A DNA stretch of 64,000 nucleotides from an uncultured Caulobacterales bacterium (GCA_964571595.1 CAZNCJ010000002.1:13321-77320); one strand, 5' to 3'; numbered from the stretch's first letter, positions 19,081-28,387 are shown. Translations and numbers: made by a program. Notes: generated by a model not told the origin, from the sequence alone.

Positions 19081-19797
19081 ATGAAATTACGTTACTTAAC
19101 GCTTACTGCCGCGGCCGCAATTTTGTCGGCCTGTGCCACGACAACACCCTATCAACCTGCCTCTAAACCCGGATCGTTTGATGGATTTACCCAAACTTTG
19201 ATCGAGAATGATCGTGCCCGCGTTTCTTTTGCAGGCAATTCAAGCACGGAGCGCGAAACGGTAGAAAATTACCTCATTTTCCGCGCCGCAGAATTGGCCA
19301 TAGAACGCGGATATGACCATTTTTCATTTGAAGAACGCGATACGGAAACCAAGACAAGACTATCGAGCACAGGAAGTAGCTTTAATCGCGGCTTTGGCAG
19401 CCCATTTGGCTATTCTTTCTATTCGCCTAGATTTGGATGGAGCCGTTTTGGTTCCTTCAGGGGTAGTCGTTTTAGCCGGTTTAACAGCTTTGGAAGATTT
19501 AATAACTTCGGACGCTTTAACAGCTTTGGCGGGTTTAATAATTTCAGCGTAAGAGAAATTACGAAATATAGAGCCACAGCTGAAGTGAAGTTCAGACGTG
19601 GCATTGGGTCTAGCGCCGATGAAGGTAAAACCTTTAACGCCAGAGAAGTGATTGAAAATCTCGGCCCAACTATTGTCTATCCAGAGGCTGAAGGTGGCAA
19701 TCAGATTGTTCAGGGTGTCCCAGCTTATCAAGGTAAACCGGTACAGAGCTTACCGACAAACACACCTACGCCGCGACCCGTTGCCAATGAAATCTAA
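19081..19797 (+). CDS. Lipoprotein with a Phe/Arg/Asn/Gly/Ser repeat region (alphaproteobacterial lipoprotein family, possibly the CC0125-like family)
   Basis: ATG 19081 is preceded by AGGAG. The lipobox is 'AAILSAC'. The conserved core reads 'PYQPA...RARVSFAGNSSTERETVENYLIFRAAELAIERGYDHF'. The longer ORF from 19027 is less likely. Confidence 0.7.
   Translation: MKLRYLTLTAAAAILSACATTTPYQPASKPGSFDGFTQTLIENDRARVSFAGNSSTERETVENYLIFRAAELAIERGYDHFSFEERDTETKTRLSSTGSSFNRGFGSPFGYSFYSPRFGWSRFGSFRGSRFSRFNSFGRFNNFGRFNSFGGFNNFSVREITKYRATAEVKFRRGIGSSADEGKTFNAREVIENLGPTIVYPEAEGGNQIVQGVPAYQGKPVQSLPTNTPTPRPVANEI
19474..19545 (+). repeat. Four tandem 18-nt (6-aa) units inside the lipoprotein gene
   Basis: The units encode SRFNSF/GRFNNF/GRFNSF/GGFNNF. 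More degenerate copies lie upstream from about 19429. Confidence 0.85.
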
Positions 19798-19835
19798 GGC
19801 CTGCTGGTTTAGCTAAGCCGTTGTAAGAAAATAAA

Positions 19836-19863
19836 CCCCGCATGCCTATGCGGGGTGTTTTTA
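19836..19863 (+). terminator. Intrinsic terminator after the lipoprotein gene
   Basis: An 8-bp stem forms between ccccgcat and atgcgggg with a 4-nt loop, followed by tgttttt. Confidence 0.8.
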
Positions 19864-19903
19864 TGTCCGCTTGCGGCCCCCGCTATTATGTCTATAAGCC
19901 CGT

Positions 19904-20803
19904 ATGGCACGTAAACGTAAAGGCGATCCGGTCAGTGGTTGGGTAAATTTTGACAAACCGCTGGGCATGACATCTACCCAGGCCGTGGGGCGTATCCGGC
20001 GTTTGCTTAATGCTCAAAAGGTTGGTCATGCTGGTACGCTTGATCCTTTGGCAAACGGGGTTTTGCCGATTGCCTTGGGCGAGGCAACCAAGACCGTTCC
20101 TTTTATGATGGAGGCGGTCAAAGCCTATGAGGTGCAAATTGTTTGGGGGCAGGCGCGCGATACATGTGACGCGGAAGGCGAAGTCATTGAAACCTCTGAG
20201 GTTCGACCTCAAAGACCGCAAATAGAAGCGGTCTTAGCAGAGTTTACCGGCATTATAGATCAGGTACCGCCGCGATTTTCCGCGATTAAGATTGATGGCA
20301 AGCGGGCTTATGATCTGGCGCGTGCGGGCGAAGTCGTCAAAATGAAATCACGGAAAGTCCGTATTGAGAGTATTGAAATTCTAGATACATGTGAAGAAAA
20401 TGCACGTTTTCGCGTCATCTGCGGCAAGGGGACTTATATACGTTCATTGGCGCGAGATATGGCTAAGGCCTTGGGCACGGTGGGCTATGTCGGGGCTTTG
20501 CGCCGCACCCGCGTTGGCGGCTTTGTGGAGGAGACGGTTTTTTCACTGGACGTATTGGAAAATCTACACTATGAGGGCCGCGTTTTAGAAAGTTTGCGTC
20601 CTGTCGAGACTGCGCTGGACGACATCCCGGTAATGATCGTGACAGACCAAGATGCAAATGACCTAAAATACGGACGTGCTATTGGTTGTCCGGAAGATTT
20701 CGCAAATTCCGAATGGGTTTTAGTGAAAGATGCCAGCAAGGCCTTAGCACTCTGTCAGCCGCGGGACGGGCATTTAGCGCCCAAACGCGTTTTTAATTTG
20801 TAA
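19904..20803 (+). CDS. truB: tRNA pseudouridine(55) synthase
   Basis: It has the catalytic motif '[15 protein letters not shown]' and sits upstream of rpsO. Confidence 0.9.
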   Translation: MARKRKGDPVSGWVNFDKPLGMTSTQAVGRIRRLLNAQKVGHAGTLDPLANGVLPIALGEATKTVPFMMEAVKAYEVQIVWGQARDTCDAEGEVIETSEVRPQRPQIEAVLAEFTGIIDQVPPRFSAIKIDGKRAYDLARAGEVVKMKSRKVRIESIEILDTCEENARFRVICGKGTYIRSLARDMAKALGTVGYVGALRRTRVGGFVEETVFSLDVLENLHYEGRVLESLRPVETALDDIPVMIVTDQDANDLKYGRAIGCPEDFANSEWVLVKDASKALALCQPRDGHLAPKRVFNL

Positions 20804-20817
20804 TCAATACGGAGAAT

Positions 20818-21090
20818 ATGATGTCGATTACACCTAAGCGCAAAGCTGCGTTAATAAATGAATATGCCACGAAACCGGGTGATACCGGTTCTCCAGAAGT
20901 TCAAGTCGCTATCCTAACAGAACGGATTGTCAATTTGACGGAGCATTTCAAAACTAATCATAAAGATAATCACAGCAGACGTGGATTACTTGCCATGGTG
21001 ACACAGCGTCGCCGCTTGCTGGACTATCTTAAAAAGAAGGATGAGGGTCGTTATAAGACACTTATCGAAAAGCTCGGACTGCGCCGCTAG
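20818..21090 (+). CDS. rpsO: 30S ribosomal protein S15
   Basis: The sequence '...[38 protein letters not shown]' matches S15. The start may be the second ATG at 20821. Confidence 0.95.
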   Translation: MMSITPKRKAALINEYATKPGDTGSPEVQVAILTERIVNLTEHFKTNHKDNHSRRGLLAMVTQRRRLLDYLKKKDEGRYKTLIEKLGLRR

Positions 21091-21110
21091 GGGCCGTTTG
21101 ATTAAAACCA

Positions 21111-21135
21111 AGGGCTGCCATGGGGGCAGCCTTTT
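21111..21135 (+). terminator. rpsO terminator/attenuator hairpin ahead of pnp
   Basis: A stem forms between gggctgcc and ggcagcc(t), followed by tttt. Two further short hairpins follow at 21136-21176. Confidence 0.65.
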
Positions 21136-21223
21136 GCGCATTTAGCGCATGGGCATATGTGATGCCCGACAGCAATGATATCCATTGCTTTATACGTATG
21201 TTGATAGAAAGAAATTGTACGAT

Positions 21224-23437
21224 ATGTTTGATAAACACACTATAGAACTAGATTGGGCAGGACGCCCGCTTATCATTGAAACCGGCGGCATGGCCCGTCA
21301 GGCAGATGGGGCCGTGCTATGTAGCTACGGCGAAACAAAATTACTTGCCACTGTTTGTGGTGCACATTCCCAAAAACCCGGCATGGATTTTTTCCCTCTG
21401 ACGGTAAATTACATGGAAAAGTTTTACGCTGCTGGTAAAATTCCGGGCGGTTATTTTAAACGTGAAGGCCGCCCAACAGAGCGCGAAACTCTTATCTCTC
21501 GCTTAACTGACCGGCCTATACGTCCGCTCTTTCCAAAGGGGTATAAGAACGAAGTTCAGATCGTGATTACGGTCTTACAACATGACGGTGAAAACGAGCC
21601 CGATATTATTGGTATGATTGGCGCATCTGCGGCTTTAGCGATTTCTGGCTTGCCATTTATGGGCCCGATTGCTGCTGCGCGCGTCGGACTTATTGACGGC
21701 GATTACGTCCTTAACCCAACGCTTTCTGAGCTGGAAGATAGCGAGCTTGATCTGGTTGTGGCTGGAACGAAAGACGCTGTGATGATGGTGGAATCAGAAG
21801 CCAAGGAACTGACTGAGGAGCAAATGCTCGGCGCGGTTATGTACGCCCATGAGAGCTGTCAGGATGTGATCGAGGCAATTAAGAAACTCGCCAAGAAAGC
21901 GGCCAAGCCTGCGCGTGAGTTTGAAACGCCGGATTATTCAGTCGAGAAAAAGCTCGTTGCCAAGGCAGCCGAAAAAGGCATTAAAGCAGCTTATAAGAAA
22001 ACCGATAAGATGGAGCGCCAGACACTCTTGCGCGAAGCTAAAGACGCTGCCTGGGCATCACTCGGTTCTTCTGAGGAAAATCCTGACGGCATGTCATCAG
22101 GCGTGTTTGGTGATTGCTTTAAAGCGATTGAGTCACAAACTGTGCGCTCATCTGTTATCAAAACCGGCAAGCGGATTGATGGACGTAAACTTGACCAAGT
22201 TCGCCCGATTGTTTCAGAAGCTGGCCCGCTACCACGTACGCATGGCTCTGCTCTTTTTACGCGCGGTGAAACTCAAGCGCTCTGTGTGGCTACACTGGGC
22301 ACATCAGATGATGAGCAATATGTCGATCAGCTAACAGGCACGATTAAGAACAAGTTCTTGCTTCACTATAATTTCCCACCTTATTCCGTGGGTGAATGTG
22401 GCCGTATGGGCGGAACATCACGTCGTGAAACAGGGCATGGTAAACTCGCATGGCGCGCCCTTCAGGCAGTTCTGCCAAGTGCTGAGGATTTTCCTTATAC
22501 CATCCGTCTTGTCTCTGAAATTATGGAATCAAACGGGTCGTCTTCTATGGCGACAGTGTGTGGCTGCTCTCTGGCTATGATGGATGCGGGTGTGCCGATT
22601 AAGCGCCCCGTTTCAGGTATTGCTATGGGTCTTATCAAGGATAAGGAAGGCGTTGCCGTCTTAAGTGATATTCTGGGTGATGAGGATCATCTCGGCGATA
22701 TGGACTTTAAAGTCGCGGGGACCTCGGAAGGTATCACATCCTTGCAGATGGATATTAAAATCGCAGGTATTACCGAAGACATTATGACAACGGCGCTAGA
22801 GCAAGCCAATGCGGGTCGTCTGCATATTCTCGGCGAAATGAATAAGGCCTTGGAAGAATCTCGCGACGAAGTGGGTGAATTTGCCCCGCGTATTGAAACG
22901 ATGAAAATTCCGGTTGATAAAATCCGCGATGTTATCGGAACAGGCGGTAAGGTCATTCGCGAAATCGTCGACACAACAGGTGCGCGCGTTTCCGTTGAAG
23001 ATGACGGTACGATCAAAATCGCCAGCACAGATAAAGCCTCTATCACGGCGGCAAAAGACTGGATCCATAGCCTCACAGCCGAACCCGAAGTCGGCGTGAT
23101 CTATAAAGGTAAGGTTGTCAAAGTTGTAGATTTTGGTGCTTTTGTGAACTTCTTTGGCAAGAAGGACGGTCTCGTCCATGTCAGCCAGATAGCGCAAGAG
23201 CGGGTCAATCACCCGTCTGATTATCTCAAAGAGGGCCAAGAGGTTTATGTCAAGCTGATGGGCTTTGATGATCGCGGCAAGGTTAGACTGAACATGAAAT
23301 ATGTTAATCAGGAAACGGGCGAAGAACTGCCCCGCGAGCCACGTGAAGACAAGAAAGACGACAAAAAGGGTGATGATAAAAAATCGCGCAAGAGAAAGCC
23401 GCGTCGTCGTCGCAGAAAGTCGGAAGAAGAAGAGTAG
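21224..23437 (+). CDS. pnp: Polyribonucleotide nucleotidyltransferase (PNPase)
   Basis: It has two RNase PH domains, a KH domain and an S1 domain. The start was chosen at '[11 protein letters not shown]' (21224) rather than the TTG at 21185. It ends in an unusual Lys/Arg-rich tail. Confidence 0.95.
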   Translation: MFDKHTIELDWAGRPLIIETGGMARQADGAVLCSYGETKLLATVCGAHSQKPGMDFFPLTVNYMEKFYAAGKIPGGYFKREGRPTERETLISRLTDRPIRPLFPKGYKNEVQIVITVLQHDGENEPDIIGMIGASAALAISGLPFMGPIAAARVGLIDGDYVLNPTLSELEDSELDLVVAGTKDAVMMVESEAKELTEEQMLGAVMYAHESCQDVIEAIKKLAKKAAKPAREFETPDYSVEKKLVAKAAEKGIKAAYKKTDKMERQTLLREAKDAAWASLGSSEENPDGMSSGVFGDCFKAIESQTVRSSVIKTGKRIDGRKLDQVRPIVSEAGPLPRTHGSALFTRGETQALCVATLGTSDDEQYVDQLTGTIKNKFLLHYNFPPYSVGECGRMGGTSRRETGHGKLAWRALQAVLPSAEDFPYTIRLVSEIMESNGSSSMATVCGCSLAMMDAGVPIKRPVSGIAMGLIKDKEGVAVLSDILGDEDHLGDMDFKVAGTSEGITSLQMDIKIAGITEDIMTTALEQANAGRLHILGEMNKALEESRDEVGEFAPRIETMKIPVDKIRDVIGTGGKVIREIVDTTGARVSVEDDGTIKIASTDKASITAAKDWIHSLTAEPEVGVIYKGKVVKVVDFGAFVNFFGKKDGLVHVSQIAQERVNHPSDYLKEGQEVYVKLMGFDDRGKVRLNMKYVNQETGEELPREPREDKKDDKKGDDKKSRKRKPRRRRRKSEEEE

Positions 23438-23484
23438 AGCGCGAAAGCAAGTCTACTGTTCGATCCGATTTGAGATCATAAAAA

Positions 23485-23514
23485 AGCCCGGTCAAATGAC
23501 CGGGCTTTTCTTTT
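23485..23514. terminator. Bidirectional intrinsic terminator between pnp and the convergent DUF2853 gene
   Basis: A 9-bp stem forms between agcccggtc and gaccgggct with a 4-nt loop. An A-run lies upstream and a T-run downstream. Confidence 0.85.
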
Positions 23515-23528
23515 AAATTGTGTGCGTT

Positions 23529-23864
23529 CTACTTGTAAACGCTCTCTTTGCCAAAATGCTTGGCGAGCATGTAATAGACAACTGCACGATACTTCATGCG
23601 CTCTGTATATTTTTCCATGACAGACGCGATAGCTTTATCAAGATCTGGTCCGTCTGGCAGGCCGAGCTTCTTGATCAAGAAGTTGTTTTTAACAGTTTCC
23701 AATTCGCTTTTATCTGTACCGGCAACAGTCGATGCATCCCGGTTATAAATAGATGGTCCGCAACCGATTGTCACTTTACGTAGAAAGTCCATATCTGGTG
23801 TCATGCCGAGCTTTGTCTTCATTTGGTCAGCATATTTTTCGATTAATTCATCGCGTTTACTCAT
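23529..23864 (-). CDS. DUF2853-family small protein
   Basis: The 111-aa protein contains 'GCGPSIYNRDASTVAGTDKSELETVKNNFLIKKLGL', which resembles DUF2853 as I recall it. Confidence 0.6.
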   Translation of the reverse strand: MSKRDELIEKYADQMKTKLGMTPDMDFLRKVTIGCGPSIYNRDASTVAGTDKSELETVKNNFLIKKLGLPDGPDLDKAIASVMEKYTERMKYRAVVYYMLAKHFGKESVYK

Positions 23865-23917
23865 TATCTACTCCTTTTGTAATTTCGGGTAAGCTTATCT
23901 CCCCCATAGACAGCCGT

Positions 23918-23949
23918 CCCTCAATTTGAGAGAATGTTTAAATTGAGGG
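23918..23949. promoter_or_regulatory. Perfect 10-bp inverted repeat in a divergent promoter region
   Basis: The arms are ccctcaattt (23918-23927) and aaattgaggg (23940-23949) with a 12-nt spacer. It has no T-tail on either strand, so it looks like an operator or 5'UTR structure rather than a terminator. Confidence 0.35.
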
Positions 23950-24070
23950 TCGTCATGCTAAAATTATTAAGGCTTGCGCTTATAAAACCAAGCGATTTTT
24001 ACCGTTGAAAGCACCTATAACGCGAAAAATGTCCTCAATTATGTGATAAATTACAGTTTGAGACGGGATT

Positions 24071-24766
24071 ATGAAGATATTTGTTCTAACAGGCGCGGGG
24101 ATATCGGCAGAAAGCGGTATAAATACGTTTCGGGCTGCAGATGGTCTCTGGGAAAATCACCGCATAGAGGAAGTGGCCACCCCGCAAGGCTATGCGCGTG
24201 ATCCGGCACTGGTACATAGTTTTTATAATGCCCGCCGCGCAGCCCTTAAAACTGTAGACCCCAATCCGGCTCATATGGCTTTGGGGCGCTTGCAGACCGC
24301 TTTGGCTCTCAAGGGAGGTGGTCTTACGCTTGTGACACAGAACGTAGACGATTTGCATGAGCGCGGAGGCGCAAAACATGTTGTGCATATGCACGGGGAG
24401 CTCAATTCGGTGTTTTGTACGGATTGCAATCATAAATGGGAGTGGCGCGAAGACCTCACCCCGCAATCAATATGTCCAGCTTGTCAAAGCGCTGCTACGT
24501 CCCGCCCAGACATCGTCTGGTTTGGAGAAATGCCCTATTTTATGGAGGATATAGAGCGCGCTTTGCGGGCCTGTGACCTCTTTGTCTCGATCGGGACAAG
24601 CGGGGCGGTTTATCCGGCGGCGGGCTTTGTGAGTATGGCGCGTAATATGGGCAAAGAGACGTTGGAAATAAATCTTGAGCGCTCAGAGGGTTCGCACCTC
24701 TTTGATGAAACCCGCTTGGGTAAAGCCGGAACCCTTGTGCCCGCTTGGGTCGACAGCCTGATATAA
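24071..24766 (+). CDS. cobB: NAD-dependent protein deacylase (class III sirtuin, CobB)
   Basis: It has 'GAGISAESGINTFR', 'QNVDDLHERGG' and the Zn ribbon CTDC...CPAC. It is 231 aa. Confidence 0.85.
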   Translation: MKIFVLTGAGISAESGINTFRAADGLWENHRIEEVATPQGYARDPALVHSFYNARRAALKTVDPNPAHMALGRLQTALALKGGGLTLVTQNVDDLHERGGAKHVVHMHGELNSVFCTDCNHKWEWREDLTPQSICPACQSAATSRPDIVWFGEMPYFMEDIERALRACDLFVSIGTSGAVYPAAGFVSMARNMGKETLEINLERSEGSHLFDETRLGKAGTLVPAWVDSLI

Positions 24767-24830
24767 TGTTCCCAGATGCGTTCATAGTGCGGAATTTGAT
24801 GCTTGCACTTAAATAGGCTAGGCCACACCC

Positions 24831-25292
24831 ATGCCAGATTTCCATATCTATATTGATGCAGATGCCTGCCCTGTACGCGAAGAATGTTACAAAGTGGCAG
24901 AGCGTCACACTGTGCCTGTAAGCGTGGTTTCAAATAATTTTTTGCGCGTGCCGCGACACCCTTTGTTTAAGGCTATTATCGTGTCTGATGGTTTTGATGC
25001 CGCGGATGATTATATCGCGGAGCGCGCCGATAGAGACAGTGTTGTGATCACATCGGATATTTTGCTGGCCGAGCGCTGTTTAAAAAATGAGGCCCGCGTG
25101 ATTAAGCCTAACGGCAAATTATTCACCAAGGACAATATTGGCGGGGCTTTAGCGACCCGCGCAATAATGGCGGATTTGCGCGACGGGGCAGAACAGCCTA
25201 ATTTTGGCGGCCCGCCCCCCTTTAGCGCCCGCGACAGATCAGACTTTTTACAAAGCCTGCATATTGTCTTGGAGAAAATGAAGCGGGGATAG
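24831..25292 (+). CDS. yaiI: YaiI/YqxD-family protein (UPF0178/DUF188)
   Basis: 'IYIDADACPV' and 'DAADDYIAERADRDSVVITSDILLAERC' are typical of DUF188. Confidence 0.8.
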   Translation: MPDFHIYIDADACPVREECYKVAERHTVPVSVVSNNFLRVPRHPLFKAIIVSDGFDAADDYIAERADRDSVVITSDILLAERCLKNEARVIKPNGKLFTKDNIGGALATRAIMADLRDGAEQPNFGGPPPFSARDRSDFLQSLHIVLEKMKRG

Positions 25293-25364
25293 GAAAGCGC
25301 ATAGTTTCAAATGTGTAGAAAAGTGTGATATCTAAGATTCATAAATAGAAGTTGAGGGGAAAAT

Positions 25365-25918
25365 ATGAATCTGCTTACTGCCACACGTAATAGTTTGAAA
25401 AAGACATTCGATTTTAGAACCCGTTCGCGAAGATCAGAATTTTGGGGATTTGCGCTCTCCGCATTTTTGATTTGTTTCTTTATGGGGTTTTTTGATAAAA
25501 TTTTTTTCGATGCCACTTGGCCATTTAAGCAAACACTCCATTTTAAAGAGGGCGAAATTGTCGGCAGAAGCTATTCATTTGGGACAAATTATGGCCCCAT
25601 AAGTAATGCTTTCGGGTTTATTTTTTAATACCCTTTATAGCCGCGGCAGTGCGCAGGTTACATGATATTGGCCGTTCAGGATGGTTTCTTATTTTACCAT
25701 TTATTGCATTTATGCCTGCCTATGTTTCTATCATGCGTAGCAATAGCCTATCCCCTATTGTTAGTCTATCCCCTATTGTTTCATGGTCAATATTAGCCGT
25801 GTTTGCTTTGATATTTTTCATAATCTTCCTTCTATTTAGAGATAGTCGAGAGGGTGAGAATAAATATGGCCCGAGTGAGAAATATCCAAACGTAGTCGTG
25901 AATCCGCTCATAGACTAA
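25365..25918 (+). pseudogene. DUF805-family membrane protein interrupted by a 1-nt frameshift
   Basis: ORF 25365-25628 carries the DUF805 N-terminus ('RSRRSEFWGFAL'). A second frame, open from 25607, carries 'LIPFIAAAVRRLHDIGRSGWF...ENKYGPS'. The switch lies in the T-rich tract at 25607-25628. Confidence 0.65.
25745..25780 (+). repeat. 18-nt tandem duplication (x2) inside the DUF805 gene
   Basis: The units agcctatcccctattgtt and agtctatcccctattgtt are adjacent and encode SLSPIV twice. Confidence 0.9.
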
Positions 25919-25942
25919 AGCGCGATTAAGATTGGTTCCGTT

Positions 25943-25971
25943 TGACAAGCCTAATCCTGCCCGCTATACGC
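25943..25971 (+). promoter_or_regulatory. Candidate promoter TTGACA-N17-TATACG upstream of ffh
   Basis: The -35 is at 25943-25948 and the -10 at 25966-25971. It would give a leader of about 190 nt before the TTG start of ffh. Confidence 0.4.
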
Positions 25972-26170
25972 CCCCAAATCCGCGCAAAACTATTGTGCGC
26001 TCCGAGCTGTGCGACACCCTCATATAAGGGACGATGCAGACGGGGTCCTCTGATCGGCGTTATCGCTCATCGGAGCCAAAAAGCATTGTGTGGACAAATA
26101 TTCGATCTGTGGGATCGCATAGAGTGAAAAGTCGGGACCATATGTTCTGGAAACGAAAGTGGAGTGATAT

Positions 26171-27775
26171 TTGTTTGAAGCCTTAGGGGATAAGCTAAGC
26201 GGTGTTTTTGACAATCTGACAGGCCGAGGGGCACTCTCGGAAAAAGACGTCACTGCCGCCATGCGCGAAATTCGCGTCGCTTTACTCGAGGCGGATGTCG
26301 CTTTGCCTGTCGTTAAGACTTTTATTGACAAGATTAAATCTGAAGCCGTCGGCGAAAAAGTTATAAAGTCTATCAAGCCCGGCCAGCAGATAATAAAGAT
26401 CGTCCATGACGGTCTTGTGGATATGCTCGGCGGGACGCTCTCGGATGACGAGGCCGATAAGGAATTGGCTGCGCGCGCCTCAGAGCTTAATCTGTCAGGT
26501 CGTCCGCCTGTCGCTATTCTTATGGCCGGATTGCAAGGCTCGGGTAAGACGACAACTTCTGGTAAGATCGCTAAATTCCTAAAAGAACGTGGCAAGAAGA
26601 AAGTGCTTCTGGCCTCGCTGGATACCAATCGTCCTGCCGCGATGGAACAACTTGGTATTCTGGCGGAACAGGCCGGTGTCGGATTCCTGCCGATAGTTAA
26701 AGGCGAGAACGCGGTCACAATTGCCAAACGGGCAATGGATCACGGCGCGAAGGGCGGCTTTGATGTTGTCTTTCTTGATACGGCGGGCCGGACAACGATT
26801 GACGATGTGCTCATGGCCGAAGTGGCCGAAATCGCAGAACTGGCACAGCCGATTGAAACCTTATTGGTCGCCGATAGCTTAACGGGTCAAGACGCGGTTG
26901 AAACCGCCCAGCGTTTTCATGCTCAATTACCTCTAACCGGACTTGTGCTTACCCGTATTGACGGGGACGGGCGCGGCGGCGCAGCCCTGTCTATGCGCGC
27001 CGTGACAGGCTTGCCGATTAAATTTTTAGGCACGGGCGAAAAACTGGACGGCTTGGAGGCTTTTGACGCCGAACGTCTTGCGGGCCGTATTCTTGGGCAA
27101 GGCGATATTGTCTCACTCGTCGAGAAAGCCTCTCAGGTTCTTGATCAGAAAGAAGCCGAACGCGTTGCCAAAAAAATGCAAAAGGGCACGTTTGATCTGG
27201 ATGATCTGGGCAAGCAATTAGGCCAAATGCAAAAAATGGGCGGTATGGGCGGCCTGATGAAAATGATGCCCGGCATGGGTAAGATGAAAAAGCAGCTTGA
27301 TGCGGCAGGTGGTCTGGATGACAGGCTCTTAAAGCAGCAACAGGCGATTATCCTCTCCATGACCCCGGAAGAGCGTAAAAAACCAGCCTTGTTAAAAGCC
27401 TCGCGAAAGAAGCGCATTGCAGCAGGTTCGGGCATGTCGGTTCAAGAGGTCAATAAACTTTTGAAAATGCACCGACAAATGTCTGACATGATGAAGAAAA
27501 TGGGCAAGGGCGGAATGGCCAATATGATGGCGCAAATGGGGGGCATGCCCGGCATGCCGAAAATGCCCGGCGGTATGGGGGGCAAAAATATGCCCAATCC
27601 AGCAGATATGGACCCAGCCGAGCTTGAAGAATTAGCCAAGAAAATGGGCATGTCAGGTGGCATGCCAAAACTTCCAGGTCTGGGCGGGAGCAAACTCCCC
27701 GGACTAGGGGGTGGCTTACCCGGTCTTGGTGGTAAAGGTTTGGGCGAGAAATCGCCTTTTGGAAAAAAGAAATAA
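26171..27775 (+). CDS. ffh: Signal recognition particle protein Ffh
   Basis: It has 'MFEALGDKLSGVF', 'GLQGSGKTTT' and 'DTAGR', plus a Met-rich M domain with a long Gly/Met/Pro tail. It uses a TTG start preceded by GGAG. Confidence 0.95.
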   Translation: MFEALGDKLSGVFDNLTGRGALSEKDVTAAMREIRVALLEADVALPVVKTFIDKIKSEAVGEKVIKSIKPGQQIIKIVHDGLVDMLGGTLSDDEADKELAARASELNLSGRPPVAILMAGLQGSGKTTTSGKIAKFLKERGKKKVLLASLDTNRPAAMEQLGILAEQAGVGFLPIVKGENAVTIAKRAMDHGAKGGFDVVFLDTAGRTTIDDVLMAEVAEIAELAQPIETLLVADSLTGQDAVETAQRFHAQLPLTGLVLTRIDGDGRGGAALSMRAVTGLPIKFLGTGEKLDGLEAFDAERLAGRILGQGDIVSLVEKASQVLDQKEAERVAKKMQKGTFDLDDLGKQLGQMQKMGGMGGLMKMMPGMGKMKKQLDAAGGLDDRLLKQQQAIILSMTPEERKKPALLKASRKKRIAAGSGMSVQEVNKLLKMHRQMSDMMKKMGKGGMANMMAQMGGMPGMPKMPGGMGGKNMPNPADMDPAELEELAKKMGMSGGMPKLPGLGGSKLPGLGGGLPGLGGKGLGEKSPFGKKK

Positions 27776-27805
27776 TCAGATTGCTAAGTTAAAAGGAATA
27801 TACTC

Positions 27806-28348
27806 ATGGCACTCAAAATCAGACTGGCCCGTCACGGGACAAAAAAACGCCCTTACTACCGTATTGTCGTCGCAGATAGCCGCGCTCCGCGCGATGGTCG
27901 CTTTATCGACCGTGTTGGGGCTTATAACCCCATGCTGCCAAAAGACAGCGAAGAGCGCGTGAAGCTCGACGTTGAAAAATGTAAAGATTGGCTCTCCAAG
28001 GGCGCACGTCCAACTGACCGTGTGGCTCGCTTCCTCGGGGCGGCTGGCCTGTGGGAATGGAAAGCCGGCAATAATCCAAATAAAGGTAAGCCGGGTGCCA
28101 AAGCCCAGCAGCTTATATTGGATAAGCAAGAAAAAGAAGAAGCGCGTAAGGCGGCTGAGGCGGAAGCTAAGGAAGCGGCCAAAGCTGCTGCGGCGGCAGC
28201 AGCGAAAGAGGCTGAAGCAGCTCCTGCTGAGGAAGCACCAGCTGAAGAGGCCCCCGTTGCAGACGCACCAGCTGAGGAAACTCCTGCGGCAGAAGCGCCT
28301 GCAGAAGAAGCACCCGCTGAAGAGGCTCCAAAGTCAGAAGAAGAGTAA
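27806..28348 (+). CDS. rpsP: 30S ribosomal protein S16 with a long Ala/Glu/Pro-rich C-terminal extension
   Basis: The core reads '[34 protein letters not shown]'. About 90 extra residues of repetitive 'APAEE' units follow. Confidence 0.95.
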   Translation: MALKIRLARHGTKKRPYYRIVVADSRAPRDGRFIDRVGAYNPMLPKDSEERVKLDVEKCKDWLSKGARPTDRVARFLGAAGLWEWKAGNNPNKGKPGAKAQQLILDKQEKEEARKAAEAEAKEAAKAAAAAAAKEAEAAPAEEAPAEEAPVADAPAEETPAAEAPAEEAPAEEAPKSEEE

Positions 28349-28387
28349 TCCTTCTTAGGGCTAAAGCCTGACATAATATGATTTAAA

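Noticed and set aside
24071-24766. A SIR2-domain protein as a possible antiphage effector (Thoeris, DSR or SIR2-HerA type).
   Set aside because: It is a compact 231-aa canonical CobB-type sirtuin with an intact Zn ribbon. It has no fused or adjacent sensor, helicase or TIR partner, and its neighbours are housekeeping-type genes.
25942-26127. A 61-aa ORF lies in the ffh upstream region.
   Set aside because: It starts at a TTG inside the putative -35 element, and I saw no RBS. Its composition is Arg/Cys-rich and it has no recognisable family. It is more likely non-coding leader.
26020-26727. A 235-aa antisense ORF overlaps the 5' third of ffh. Similar long antisense ORFs occur at 7027-7437, 17155-17673, 22796-23239, 27922-28395 and 42660-43121.
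   Set aside because: Each lies fully inside a well-supported conserved gene on the other strand. Their translations are low-complexity (Ser/Ala/Pro/Arg-rich) mirror images, and I saw no plausible start context. These are typical shadow ORFs.
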